64,000 nt of DNA from positions 10,105,360 to 10,169,359 of the forward strand of contig NC_043019.1 in NCBI RefSeq assembly GCF_006345805.1, read 5' to 3'. A program made the position numbers and the translations under genes. Position 1 is the stretch's first letter, and each line of letters begins with the position of its first letter. This DNA is from Octopus sinensis. Lineage: Eukaryota. Below the pieces are notes generated by a model that saw only the letters and a list, made by a program, of their open reading frames with translations, was not told the DNA's origin and searched no databases. Shown one piece after another: positions 1 to 12,872 of this stretch.

Positions 1-109
1 TTTTGCTGAGACGGATGCGTCTTCTTGAGCACAGCATGTCACCAATCATCTCAGTTGTTTCTCATCACCTTCATGAGGCTCAACATCTTCAGATTGGCCT
101 TTACTACTT

Positions 110-730
110 TCTTCCATGTCTCCCTGAATTTCTCACTTCCACAAGCTATATCCATTTAGCAAATGACACTTCTTTATACACCTATCCTCTTCCATCCACA
201 CCACACGACCATATATACACTACACCTAATGACTCTTATGCCCAATTTTTATCTCAGCATTTGCACATGCACACTGACACTGCACATGTAGCAGAACAGG
301 TTAGCTTCATTTCTTTCTAGTCTTTGCATTTCCTCTGCATTCACAGCTTCTTAACATGTAGCATTGCTGTTCATACATAAGCATAATACAATCTGCCTTT
401 CGGTCTGAGAAACAGACTTTGTTACCAACAGAGTTAACAGCTTCCTGAATTTTTCCACTTGGTTCTCATTCTGGAAGTATATCTGTCATAACATCCTCTT
501 CCATCGTTAATTAGGTTATCAAGGTAAAAGAAACTCTCAACTACTTCGAAGGATCTTCTTGGGTTTTTGAGAAAATTTATTTCCTTTGTGTTCTTGGTGT
601 TTATTGTTTCAATGCTTCTACCACAAAGTTCTCTGTTAAGCAGCCAATGATTCTACTGCAACTCTTATGTATCCACTGTTTTCACTGAAAACACCATACG
701 GAATATCTACCTGTACCTTTTCTACATACC
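110..730 (-). mobile_element. RTE-clade LINE relic
   Basis: EVVESF.YLD.LI..G.GC and KFRKLL.LL.TK-like motifs on the minus strand; explains ORF 3-320 as antisense noise. Confidence 0.65.
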
Positions 731-1715
731 AAACATCCATTTATCTGAAGGGATTAGCGTCCTGTCTGTTTCCCTACTAACCAGAACTTTAGTCTTAAGT
801 TAACTTTAAGGCCCTTTGATTACTTGGTATTTCTTTTGTAATTCTACTACAGATTTAGTTCTATGAACAGAGGAATTGCCACAGGCAACCAATCTTAAAT
901 GATCTAATCAGAATCACTTAACATTGGTGTGAAAAGACTCGAAAATATTACTCTGATTATTTCCTCAAAGTCCAAATTGTCTTTCTCCAATTAAATTATT
1001 AAAAAATAAATAAATCAATAATATCACTAAATTTTAACTATTCTGAAACTGAAGAAAAAAAAAATTCTGATACTTTTACTATTGAAAATCCAAATGTACA
1101 ATCTTCACCGTTATTAACATAAAATTCCAAAACATCTGTGAAATGTATTCCTACAATGCTGCAATGCCACCTCTAGCATAGGCACAACTATGCTTACCTA
1201 ATTGTTGATGATGTTATCTGCTTCTCAAATGCATTGGTCCCTTTCTATTGCACCAACTGCTGTGCATTTTCTTATTCTACCTTCATAATCCTATTACCTC
1301 ACAACAGTAGAAAATTGCCAGTGAATTGTTCAAAAAAGATGATCACACATTATTTATCAATTATCATTTTTGAGGAAGATCATTCTAAAATTAGGTGAAA
1401 CATTGTTCCTTGCACAAAAGAGTGCTTGGTTCTTGTTTCTTAGTCCCAAACCACAAAACTTCTTCAACTGCAGTTATGTGTGGCTCAAGACCTGGTACTA
1501 CTGCTTAATGAATTCATTACAACCTAAGAATGGTTGTTTTGATTAATATTTGTTATAAGAAACAATGTGGTTAGCAAAAGACAAGTATAAGAATCATAGA
1601 TTTTCTTGAAAAAGTCAAGACGAGAGAAGTATGAAGGTTATGGTAACATAAACAAAAAAACCATTATCACGACTAATAAGAGAAACTATCAAGAAATTCT
1701 CTTGAAGCAACATAC

Positions 1716-1857
1716 CATGTGGTGATCAGCATGCATATGAGAAATGAAAATGGCTTTCAGATTGCGTAGGATGTGGGCAGAATTTTCTTCACCATAATGC
1801 CGATAAAGTTGACCAGCAGTTCCTTCTCCACAGTCTAACAATACGTAGTTGTCTGGC
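1716..1857 (-). CDS. ELAC2: ELAC2 exon 15 (catalytic HxHxDH motif); gene continues beyond the window start
   Basis: cag|...ATG|gtatgt, 142 nt, [22 protein letters not shown]...[13 protein letters not shown]. No further exon was recognised in 1-1715. Confidence 0.97.
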
Positions 1858-2225
1858 CTGTAAACAAAATAAAAAGATTGGGAGAGAGTGAAAAAATAAT
1901 GATGAAGGGTAGATTTGTTCACAACTTATCATTTAAAATGCATTTTTACCTCAGTGAATAGAATACATAATAAAATGAACAGCAAAACTAGAATAAGGTC
2001 AAGGCAATAGTGTGTGTGTGTGTGTCAATGTTCACTGAGTTTGCATTGGGTAGATTCCAACCAGTGGAACGACAGCACTACAAACAAAAGCTAACCATGA
2101 TTGGCAATTAAGGTTTTGTCCACTGTTAATCTGTCTGTCTCTCTCTCTCTGCTTGCATTGTCTCTCAGGCTTCCCTTAAAAAGAAAGCTGATATTCTAGG
2201 AATGAACAGCTGCAATGGCACTTAC

Positions 2226-2328
2226 TCTATCTGAACCAGGATACCACTAACATTTCTCCGTTTACTTGGAACCGAAGAACCAGTTCCTAAGAACAAAATT
2301 TCAGGACCTTTGGATGTCATAGGTTCCT
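2226..2328 (-). CDS. ELAC2: ELAC2 exon 14 (motif I, PxKxRN loop)
   Basis: cag|...GA|gtaagt, 103 nt, EPMTSKGPEILFLGTGSSVPSKRRNVSGILVQI. Confidence 0.96.
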
Positions 2329-3901
2329 CTGAAATGAGAAAAAGAAAAACTTATTGCATGTTTGCTGTTAATTTAACAACTTGTAGCAAAAGTAAAAAAT
2401 ACAATAAAATAAAATTCAATCAGAGCTTGAGTTGGAGCAAAATAATAATTAAAAAAATGAAGTAAAACGGATAGTCACAGATGAAACTCCTATGAGGAGA
2501 GGTGTGCTGGATCAGGGCCAACCTGGGGTCTAAACAACAGTAGCAACAAGATATCTAATGGTGGTCAGCATCAGCTGAGGAGTTACTTTGATAAAGTTTA
2601 AAGTAGAAAATGGGTTTTATGGTCTGTTGGTCAGCAACTAAAACTCTCTTTCCTCTCAAGTTTACTTGGTAAATAAGATGAGTGAACACTGGGCACGTTT
2701 AAGAAGAAAAACCTATCAAATGATGGAAGAACAAAGAAAGAGGCAGAACATAACCAGAATATTACACCATAATTCAATTACTAAGCTGATGGGTTGACAC
2801 CCAGAGGTTGTTTCTCTTGCTATGCATTATTTCTTGAGCAAAAGAATTTTGGGCCCTGCTCTGCACAACATCAGAACCCTTTTTGTAGCACATTCGGGTT
2901 ATTCAGTTTTTTAAAAGACTCTTCAAAATGGAATAATTATTGCATCATTTCAAGGCTGGTGATGAACGACAATATCAGTAAAGTGCCACAGAAATTGGTG
3001 TTTGGCTGTATTGGTTATGTTAAGTTTTCAGTTCAAACCCTACTAAGCTTGCTCCTCTCACTTCCAAGATCAATAACAGTTAATTTAATCAACCATCCTT
3101 CAGATATAATTAATTCCCCTCTCATAACTTGTGTATCTATCCTCAATGTGAAACTACCCGTCATTCTAGGGTGCAAAACTTCATTTTTACATAATTTTTT
3201 TTTTAATTATGTTCAAAACGCTAATAATGCAAAAAAGTTATATTTCCCTAAATCCACTCAATTCTTGTCTTGCTGTTGCCGCTTCCAGTAATTTCATTCA
3301 TCACTAGGATACTTCAGAAGAATAGTAAATTGATATAACTGGTATTTGATTCTAGTAACTCAAGGAAGTTAACAAAAAGGGAACAGATCCATAAAATGCA
3401 ATCATAGCAATATTCGAACTCAGAACATAAAGATTTGTATCTAAACACCACAGGTCTTTTACTTGTACCAGTCCATTAGCAGCAGTCCACCAACTTCCTT
3501 GAGAATTTCCAAAACTAACTGAAACATATAGACAGTTGTATTTCATTAAAAATCCCATCACAAAGGAGCTAATACACTAACATAATCACCAGTTTACAGC
3601 ATTTCTCCATAAAAGCTTTTAAAATCATCATTTAACATTCTTTTTCCCAATCTTGTACAAGTTTGATGCTTCTCATGGCATCTCAGTTCTTCATCAGGCA
3701 CAAATGGCAACAGAGAAAAATTACTGAAACTTTATAGTATGTCATACACTTTTTTTTTCTGGAAGGGTGGCAAGGTTTTCTTGCTAGAATGTCCTTCTTA
3801 TCAGCCACTTTATTGTATCAAAGACGGAGTGCATTGTATTTGAATACAATCACTCAATAAGTTGTCTACAAATAAAAAGAATCAAAAATGTTTGGACTCA
3901 C

Positions 3902-4020
3902 CAAGATTCTGTGAATGTTCTTTAACTCTTACATGGAATTCTTGAAGTTGTTTTTCAAAGCCTTTCATTTTCCAAGCCTCTCTTATAAACTCACCATTAT
4001 TCAACTCTAAACATTGGTCA
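3902..4020 (-). CDS. ELAC2: ELAC2 exon 13
   Basis: cag|...G|gtgagt, 119 nt, (Y)DQCLELNNGEFIREAWKMKGFEKQLQEFHVRVKEHSQNL; phase matches exon 14. Confidence 0.88.
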
Positions 4021-4062
4021 CTGAAATCAAACATGAAAAAATAGAATCAAAATTAAAACGCC

Positions 4063-4260
4063 AGGCACAGGCATGGTTAAGAAGTCCACCATGTGACTTT
4101 GTGGTTCTGGGTTCAATCCCAATGCAAAGTTCCTCAGGCAAGTATCTTCTACTATAGCTTCAAGTAAACCAATGCCTTGCAAGTGGAATATTGCTAGTTG
4201 CAATCTACAGAAAGACAATTGCTTGTCTGATTGAGTGTGTGTGTGGAGGGGGGGGAGGTG
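4063..4260 (+). mobile_element. tRNA-derived SINE family B (other copies at ~5450, 9430-9600, 22780-22990, 32900-33060, 39200-39330, 43180-43330, 48490-48620, 55150-55290)
   Basis: Shared catgtggttctgggttcaatccca...ggcaagtgtcttctactatagc...agaaact module followed by (CA/TG/TA)n. Confidence 0.75.
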
Positions 4261-4621
4261 AAGTTGCATCCTTTTACATCAAAATATAAAACTGAATCAT
4301 TTGATAAAGAGAAAGATCAGTGAACTAAGTATTGGGCTAAGCAACTTAGGTTGCTATGGTTAAGTAAAGCCTTTTGGGATGATGTAGTAATCCAGTAAAA
4401 GAGTAGAAGGAAGAGCAAAGATGAGTGAAAACAGGAGGCAGAAGTGGCAAGAAGCAGATAGAAGATAAAGAGGAGAGAGAGAAATGAAGGCAAAGGCTGA
4501 AGAGCAAAGAAGTAAATGAGGGAAATAGAGAAATGGAAAGAGAAGGGGGCAAAAAGGATTTAAAACAAAAGTGAACAAAGGAAGAAAGTGTGAAAAAGGC
4601 TAAAGAGAATTGATTACTAAC

Positions 4622-4864
4622 TAATTGAACCCTTTCCGTGGTCGTACAAAAAATTTCAGATTAGTACTGGCCAGCTGTACATTGTCTTCTGAAGCAGTGT
4701 CATTTACTGTTATTGCCTTTGAGTTCTCAGGTCGTTGGTGATAAAGCAATGGAAAGATACTGGGACTCAGTAAATTCAACATTGCCTGAATTTTGTAAGA
4801 ACCAAAGTTAGCCACAGAGCTGGTGCTTTCATTCACAATTAGATGGCTTGTGCTGTTGGGAAAC
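4622..4864 (-). CDS. ELAC2: ELAC2 exon 12
   Basis: cag|...TA|gttagt, 243 nt, (R)FPNSTSHLIVNES...KIQAMLNLLSPSIFPLL...LKFFVRPRKGFN. Confidence 0.92.
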
Positions 4865-6408
4865 CTGAAAAGATATGGATGACAAAAACCTTGTGGTACA
4901 TGAATATTTTATAATTATTTCATATCATGCTTTTGTTTGAATAGTAGCACCATTGGTGAACAGGTTTCCTTCAGGTCAATCAGAGACTGCATTTATGATG
5001 GCCAAAGTGAGAAGAGGCTTCTGTGCAACTCAGGCATAAGAAATACCACTCACACAAGGCTTTTTTGGCTTGAAAGTATAGTTTAACAGCATTGAAAGTT
5101 TAACAAGTATTTTTGGCTAATATTTATATCTTTTACCATCATACATTATATATATTCCTAAATTTTTTTCATGTTCACATGCTCTTCCAGTCACTAGCCC
5201 TTATCTTTTCCACATAAAAGGGATTTATTTTTATTCCACCTCAAATGCGCAGAGCTGCAGGATAATTAAAAGAGAAAGTCAACAAAACACTATAGAATTT
5301 GTCTAAAGAAGAGAATATGAATATTCAGACACATTGTGAGTGGAATTGGTAATCCATGAGGATATAAGCAAATTTCTTAAGCACACAGCTATGCTGGCAT
5401 CACATGCATTTATATAGGCATGGATAGGGGCAGATGCAGTTGTACAGAGGCCAAGGAATGGCTGATTTATTTAGTTCTCTTCACAACCATGTGGCCTTGA
5501 ATTCAACCCCACTGGATGGCACCTTGGGCAAGTGTCTTCTATTATAGCTTTGAGTCAGCCAATACTTTATGAGTAAAATTTGGTAGACAGAAACTATGCA
5601 AGTTGTTGGTATTGCTGTGTAGCTCAAGTCAGCTCTGGTCGTGCAAAACCTATGATCAAATTGGAATCAATTATGACCGTCCTGTCTTTCTATACATTTA
5701 TTCTTTGTTACCCCAACCAACCTGCCTGAGACTGCTCCTGGTTTTGTGATACAAACTTCCTGCTTTAAAGTGACATGTTTCTCAATAAAAACATGGCAAG
5801 AAAAGGGTTAAAATGGTAATGCATGGCATGAAGGAGACATGGCCTTTTGTATTTACTATTTGCTGACAAAATCACTTGTTTTCTCAGATTCTACTGTTTC
5901 ACTACAACCAAGTGTGCATCCAGCAAAATTGCCAGAATGCTTACCCTAATAGCAAAAGACAGTTTTTTTCTCAGCTATATATCCATTTTCCATGTGAACA
6001 TGGGTGGGAGAAATTTTGACAACAGCATATTGGTGCAACAATTGTCTTCATAATTGGACAGAAAATAGGAACTTGTTGTCAACCAAACAACATAAACTAT
6101 GCAGCATAGTGTTACATGCCTTACACAGATACACATTGTAATAGCTATACTGGAAGTCTGAAGTAGCTAGTAACAGTCCAGTAGCAAAGACAGAAGTATA
6201 ACACTTCAACCTTATCGTCACTGAGCCTAACCGTTGCTATTCAAAAACAAAATTATTTCGGGTTGTCACATAATAAAATGACATAAATGAAAGTGCTATT
6301 AATATTTATTATCAAAAAACGAAAATGGAGCACAGCCTGTGAAACAATGAATGCTTGAAGCAATGCTTACTATGATAAACAAATGGAGGATTTCTTTTGT
6401 TTCCATAC

Positions 6409-6719
6409 CTTTTCATCCATTTTTGGTATTTGGGATGTGAAATTACTTCCACACTAGACATATGCACCACAACATCAGCAGGTAGGTGCTGGTCATCATT
6501 CTCAACTTGCAATGAAGCAAGGGACTCACTTGATAAAAGAGCATCCAAGTAGTCAATATTAGGGCATTTGGTATTTGGGATGTGAATTACTTCCAACACT
6601 AGACATATGCACCACAACATCAGCAGGTAGGTGCTGGTCATCATTCTCAACTTGCAATGAAGCAAGGGACTCACTTGATAAAAGAGCATCCAAGTAGTCA
6701 ATATTAGGGCATTCAAGAA
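6409..6719 (-). CDS. ELAC2: ELAC2 exon 11, containing a 145-bp internal tandem duplication
   Basis: cag|TTCTTGAATGC...AAAAG|gtatgg; 166 nt and in frame without the duplicate (LECPNIDYLDALL...VVVHMSSVEVISHPKYQKWMK); 311 nt and frameshifted as assembled. Confidence 0.88.
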
Positions 6720-7050
6720 CTGAGGGTAAAAAAAAAATATATATCAATATTAAAAAACAAAAAAAAAGATTTATAACTACCACCCCAAACGTTTTACCTT
6801 AAATTTTTGACGTACCCTAAAGGTCCGCGGACGCTACTTGCAAACTCTTGGTTTATTATAAACCGCTTTTGTCGTGTGCACCAAAAAACCTTTTCCATTC
6901 GTTTGTTCAGTTTGGTCACTTTTGACTTTTTCGTTGTTGTCACTCACATTGCTGCCCGCTTTTTTGCCGTTTAAAATATGAATTATTCCTTATAATAACA
7001 AATATGAATAAATTCTATTGTTGTCATCTATTGTTGACATTATTCTTATT

Positions 7051-7290
7051 AAGATGGCAGAATCGTTAGCACGCCAGGCAAAATGCTTAGCAGCATTTTG
7101 TCCATTTTTACATTCTGAGTTGAAACTTCACCGAGATCAACTTTGCTGTTGATCCTTTTGGAGTTGATAAATTAAGGACCAGTGAAACACTGGGGTCGAT
7201 GTAATCAACTAGTCCTCTCCCACAAAATTTCAGACCTTGTGTTTATAATAGAAAGGATTATTATTATTATTATATCATTATTATTATTAT
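7051..7290 (+). mobile_element. Family-A SINE
   Basis: Head tggcagaatcgttagc, common core, tail gaaaggattattatt. Confidence 0.85.
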
Positions 7291-8373
7291 TATTATGCTG
7301 TTTACAATGATGATGATCAGAGAGATCAGGCCCAATCAAGTGGTTGAAAATTCCACCAGGGTTCATAATGTCAAAGATATATTTTTTTATTATTTTTATT
7401 TCAAGGCTTGGCAATGAGTTTAGGGATTTAACTTAAGTAGGGTCTTATCTTTACACTGTTCTCAGTATCCAAAATTTTTCATTCCTTTGAGACCTTAAGG
7501 TCAGGCTTGGTTGTCAGTGGACAATTTTTGTATGTTGATGACTTGGTTCTTATAATAAAATCGGAGAGAGAGTTACATAAAAATCCTGCCTAGATATCAA
7601 CACAACAAAGACCAAAGTGCTTAGTTGGTGAAAGAGACAATACAGCTCTTCCATCTGAGGAGTCACTTTACTTAATATGTGAAGTCAGAAGTCAATTCTA
7701 AGTATTCAGGAAAAGCAATGGCTCCACAAAAGGTGCAGAAGCGTAGTTGAAGCATTCACACAATAACTGTTTAATCAGCTTTGGAGGTGAATGCAATAAA
7801 AAAAAAAGAAGAAGGAAGATCTGGCCAAAGTTTAGAACAGTTGTCTGTGGGCAACAAAGGGTCCTTTGTGAAAGGAGAACTATGAAATGTGTATGAAGTA
7901 TGATGGTGCATGGTGCGACAGGGCACAGACACGATAAAACATGAAGAGGCTATAGAGAAATAATGCAAGCAGTTTGATGTGTAGCATTGGCCTGCATGAG
8001 GATGAGGAGAGTAATTGGGTGTTTAAGCCATCTGCCAATGTGTGAAAAAGAGATTGTTGTATTGGTATAGACATGGGATGTGAATGAACAGTGAGGGTCA
8101 GGTAAAATAGATGTCATGAGCTGTTAGGAATAGAAGAGGAAGTATGATGAGGTCTTGGGAAGAGTGACAAGATCAAACTCAATTGGGACTCTAATGAAGA
8201 GTTGATGAAAGATCATAACAATTAATGATGTACTGCACAGAAAACTCGACCAAGCCATGCTAATCAGGAACTTAACATCTGTCTTTTAAGTCCCTTCAAG
8301 ACATGATAAAAAAGTGCTGAGATCTCTATTACTGGCAGATGTACACAAGTTATATAAATAGCAAACAACTTAC

Positions 8374-8425
8374 CCAATAAAGGATATGGCTTCTCAACTT
8401 CACTAAGTACTTGATCAGGATGGAT
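8374..8425 (-). CDS. ELAC2: ELAC2 exon 10
   Basis: cag|...G|gtaagt, 52 nt, IHPDQVLSEVEKPYPLL(V); joins to LECP. Confidence 0.9.
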
Positions 8426-9945
8426 CTGATGAATAATTTTAATAAATTCAACAAATAATATTAATGGCAAAATACTTAAATGATATAATTTCTAGAGGCA
8501 ATACTCTAACTCCGATTGTTACCTGTAAAATCTCAATATAAAACAACTTGAAAGTTAATCTTAGTATAGCAGGATGTTTTAAACCACATATATAAATATT
8601 ATATATACAAATATCCAATAACAAGGGGCCTCATTTTATGATGAAAATGTTATATGAATAAAATTGTGAATATAAGTAAACCTTTTTTTTTTTTACTTTC
8701 TTTTACTTGAATCAGTCATTGGACTGCAACTATGCTAGGATACCATCTTGAGGGGTTTAGTCAATTAAATTGATCCCAGTACTTATTTTAAAGTCTGGCA
8801 CTTATTCTATCAGTTACTTTTTACTGAACTATTAAGTTATGGGGTCATAATACAAAGCAACACTAGTTGACAAGAAGACACACACATGTAATGAGCTTCA
8901 GTACAATTTCCAGTGACCAATTTCAGTTACCAGGTATTGGGGCCTATAGCAGAAGATACTTGTCCAAAGTGCTGAACAGTGAGATTGAACCACTATCCAT
9001 GAGTATGAAAGTTAATTTCTTAATTATACAGCTATGCCAGCTAGAATTGTCAGCATAAAATGATATGAGACATTATCAGTATGAAACATTTCAAATTGGA
9101 ACTGAAAATGTCTCACATCACTTGATGATTCAATGCAGAAGTGAAAGAGCCTTGGACAAAATGCCAGCTGCATTTATTTGTGATCCTTTTATGTTCTGAG
9201 TTCAACTTTGCCTTTCATCCTTTTAAGGTTGCAGTCAATGTGAAAAGTACCAGTCAAATATTGCCGTCAATTAATAATTCTTTCCCACAAAATTTGTGAC
9301 CATGAGCCAATGTTAAAAGAAAATAAAAACAATGTATATATTTATATACGAGTTTCTGTATAAATGTATACAGTGAATAAAATATGAGAAAACAAAGTTA
9401 TGGAGATGTAAACAAACCAACATTAGTTAAACAGTAGTGGAACACATATACACACATATGAAGGGTTTTCACACAGATTCACCCTTAAGGCATTAGTCAC
9501 TCAGTGCCATAGTAGAAGACACTTGCCCAATGTGCCATGCAGTGGGACTGAACCCAAATTTACAGTGTTGCCAAGTGAGCTTCTTAACCACACAGTCAGG
9601 TTTACATCCATAAAAGCCAAAAACTGACATCTAATGTTTATCCTGCAAATTTAGATACTTTACAACGTTTGACCAGAACGAAAATAAAATTAGTCCACTT
9701 GGCTATTGTTTGTTTTGAAGCCAAAACAATATGGTCATTACTCCTGGCAACTTAACCTGATAACTATTCTTTGAACTAATAAGGGAACATCCATGTCACT
9801 CCAGCAGCTTGAAATGCAAATTATGTTATCATAAGAATGAGAAGATTTCGACCATCAATAGAGAAGATTAGGGTTGATCTACAACTAAAAAACAGCAGCT
9901 ACTGTGCTTCATATAACAATGAAATTATTCAAGCATCATGTTTAC

Positions 9946-10006
9946 CACAGTTCCATTATCTAGCGTCACAGAGGTTTCATTCTTTAAAATTCCCAGAAGT
10001 GGCCCT
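9946..10006 (-). CDS. ELAC2: ELAC2 exon 9 (GP motif of flexible arm)
   Basis: cag|...GTG|gtaaac, 61 nt, (V)GPLLGILKNETSVTLDNGTV. Confidence 0.93.
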
Positions 10007-10468
10007 CTGTAAAAATAGAGAAAGAGAGAAAATAAATGAATTTTAATTTCACTTCAGTAAAATGGTTTTTCATGTTTAAAGCAAAAGAAACAAACAAAAG
10101 TATATGAAACAACATTGGTTTGTTTAACATCACGATAACATTGCATCTGTAGCTAAGACATCTAACTCTACTGAAGGACTGCATATACCTTGGAGTAAGT
10201 CACCTCAGCAAATGGAGGAGGTTATTTATAATTTTAAGAATGTGTGGGTGGGGTGCACATTATCATAATTGAACTTTTGACAGCCGAACCAGAAAAATTT
10301 AATATTTGGATGGCAAAGCTGAATGAATCTACATTACTGAATGATTAATTGCATGCTTCCACTGTACTATCAAGCAGTTTTGTGTGCCTTCAGGATGTGC
10401 AGTGATTTGTTTTTGCTTCATTAGCAGTAGTGGTTCTCTTTATTATTATTATTACAAGTAGTAGTAGT

Positions 10469-10690
10469 AAGGCAAAGAGCTGACAGAATCATTAGCATGG
10501 CAGGCAAAGTACTTGGCAGCATTTCATCCATCTTCATGGACTGAATTCAAATTCTGCTGAGGTCAACTTTACCTTTCATTCTTTCAGGACCAATAAAATA
10601 TGTACCAGTTGAGCACCGGGGTCAATGTAAGAGACTTATCCCCTCACAGAAATTGCTGGCTTTGAGCCAAAATTTGAAACTATTATTATT
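10469..10690 (+). mobile_element. Family-A SINE (diverged)
   Basis: Same head, core and tail, following a (TTA)/(GTA) tract. Confidence 0.8.
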
Positions 10691-11190
10691 TCATTAGAAA
10701 ATTGGACAAAATACATGGAAGTCTTTGTTCTGGTTCTTTATATTCTCAGTTCAAATACCACTGAGATCAACTTTACCTTTCATCCTTATGGGGCTAACAA
10801 ATTATAATTCTTGTCAGGCAATGGGACTGATGTGTTGACTAATCCCCTGACCCTCAAACATCTTGTCTATGTAAGAAGGGAAGGGTCAGATACTGCATGT
10901 GTTCAATATGCTCGCAGAATAAATTAACGCTGAGCTGGTCTCAACTACAAATCCATTGATACCAAAACATTTCACCTGCTTCCTTATTGAATGAGTTTGC
11001 TTAAGCATAGCTGATCAAAGCTACTCCATTTAAAACAGCAACCATCAGAGGAATAAACTCTTAAAGTCAGCCTTTGTTGGATTTCAAAACAGTTGCAAAG
11101 TTCCTATACTGACAATAAACATGATTAAGTTTGAACCTTTTGCATAAAGAAGGATGAAGGTGAAAAGAACAAAAGCCATTTGGTACTTAC

Positions 11191-11249
11191 ACAGGAACCC
11201 CAAGATCTACACACTTCTCAAGATTCAATCGACGCCGAGCAGGATGAGG
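11191..11249 (-). CDS. ELAC2: ELAC2 exon 8 (flexible arm/exosite)
   Basis: cag|...GT|gtaagt, 59 nt, PHPARRRLNLEKCVDLGVP(V). Confidence 0.93.
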
Positions 11250-11538
11250 CTGGAAATGAAGAAACTTTTTGTTAATTTTCTTGTGACAGCATTCACATCT
11301 AATAGCAAAATCATAATCAAAGTTGGTGTGGCAAGCATCAGTACTTATAGAGTGGTATTACATTTTTGGAGAATGTAAACCACAAGCTAATTTATTCCAT
11401 TTTGCTTGTATTGTTTATTGTCTTATGAAAATATATACTTCACAGCTTTTAATTTCATTTAAAAATCTCAAACTATATATTCTATTCTATTTATGGCTGG
11501 CAATCATCATATCATCATCATTATTATTATTTTTATCT

Positions 11539-12433
11539 AAAAGCAGCAAGCTGGCAGACTCATTAGTACACCAACCAAATGCTTAGCAGCAAAGCTGGCA
11601 GTCTCATTAGAACACCAACCAAATGCTTAGCAGCATTTCTTCCAGCTCTCTGCATTCTGAGTTCAAATTCTACAATGGCCAACATTGTCTTCATCCTTTC
11701 AGGGTCAATAAAATAAGTACCAGTTGAGTACTGGGGTCAATGTAATTGACTAGCCTCCTCCCCCAAAACTGCAGGCCTTGTGCATATAGCAGAAAAAAAT
11801 AATATTATTATTATTATTAAGGCTGTGAGCTAACAGAATCGTTAGCATGTTGGTCTGAATTCTTAGCAGTAGTTTGTCTGTCTTTATGTTCTGAGTTCAA
11901 ATTCTGCCAAGATTGACTTTGCCTTTCATCCTTTCAGGGTTGATAAAATAAGTACCAGTCGAACATTGGGATCGATGTTATCGACTCATCCCATCTCCCA
12001 AAATCGCTGCCCTTGTGGCAAAATTAGAAACCATTATTGTTATAACTATTAAGGAGATGAGCTGACAAAATCATTAGCAGAGCAGGCGAAATGCTTAGCA
12101 GTGTTTCAACCGTCACTATGTTCTGAGTTCAAAATACAGGGGTCAATGCAATCAACTCACCCACTCCCCCAAAATTTCAGGCCTTGTGCCTTTAGTAGAA
12201 AGGATTACTATTGTTATTATTATTAAAGCAGCAAGCTGGCAGAATTGCTAGCACGGTGGGCAAAATGTTTTGTGGTATTTCACCCATCGCTACATTCTGA
12301 GTTCAAATTCTGCCAAGGTTGATTTTGCCTTTCATCCTTTTGGGGGTCAAATTAAGTATCAGTCAAGAACTGGGGCCAATGCGATTGACTGTCCCTCACC
12401 CCACAAAAATCCAGGGTTGTACCTATACAAAGG

Positions 12434-12465
<32 letters not shown>

Positions 12466-12872
12466 GGCAGCGAGCTGGCAGAATTGTTAGAACGCCGGGC
12501 GAAATGCTTAGCGGTATTTCGTCTGCCGCTACGTTCTGAGTTCAAATTCCGCAGAGGTCGACTTTGCCTTTCATCCTTCCAGGGTTGATTAAATAAGTAC
12601 CAGTTGTGCACTGGGGTTGATATAATCGACTTAATCCATTTGTCTGTTCTTGTTTGTCCTCTCTGTGTTTAGCCCCTTGTGGGTAGTAAAGAAATAGGTA
12701 TTTCATCCACCTCTACATTCTGAGTTCAAATTCCATCGAAGTCGATTTTGCTTTTCCTCCTTTCGAGGTTGATAAATTAAGTACCAGTTACACACTGGGG
12801 GTCAATGTAATCGACTAGTCCCCTCCCCACAAATTTCAGGCCTTGTGCCTTTAATAGACGGGATTATTATTA
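11539..12872 (+). mobile_element. Head-to-tail array of ~6 tRNA-derived SINE (family A) units separated by (TTA)n
   Basis: Repeated head aaggc(g/a)gc(g/a)agctggcaga (A-box-like), gttcaaatt (B-box-like), core ttgcctttcatcc...aagtaccag, and tails ending gaaaggattattatt. Confidence 0.9.

Noticed and set aside
1190-1300. Candidate next ELAC2 exon (gtaagc donor at ~1197)
   Set aside because: All three frames upstream of the donor contain stops and there is no ELAC2 similarity; the remaining exons are probably outside the window.
2794-3291. 165-aa plus-strand ORF
   Set aside because: TTG start, S/L/F/I-rich composition typical of non-coding or antisense frames, no motif, lies in an ELAC2 intron.
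3902-3933. Internal GTAAGA donor in ELAC2 exon 13 (after 3933)
   Set aside because: Phase 0 is incompatible with the exon 14 acceptor unless a disfavoured GAG 2 nt downstream is used; the GTGAGT donor at 3901 gives a clean frame.
4390-4610. Long purine-rich tract producing L/S/F-rich minus-strand ORFs
   Set aside because: Low-complexity intronic sequence; the ORFs are compositional artefacts.
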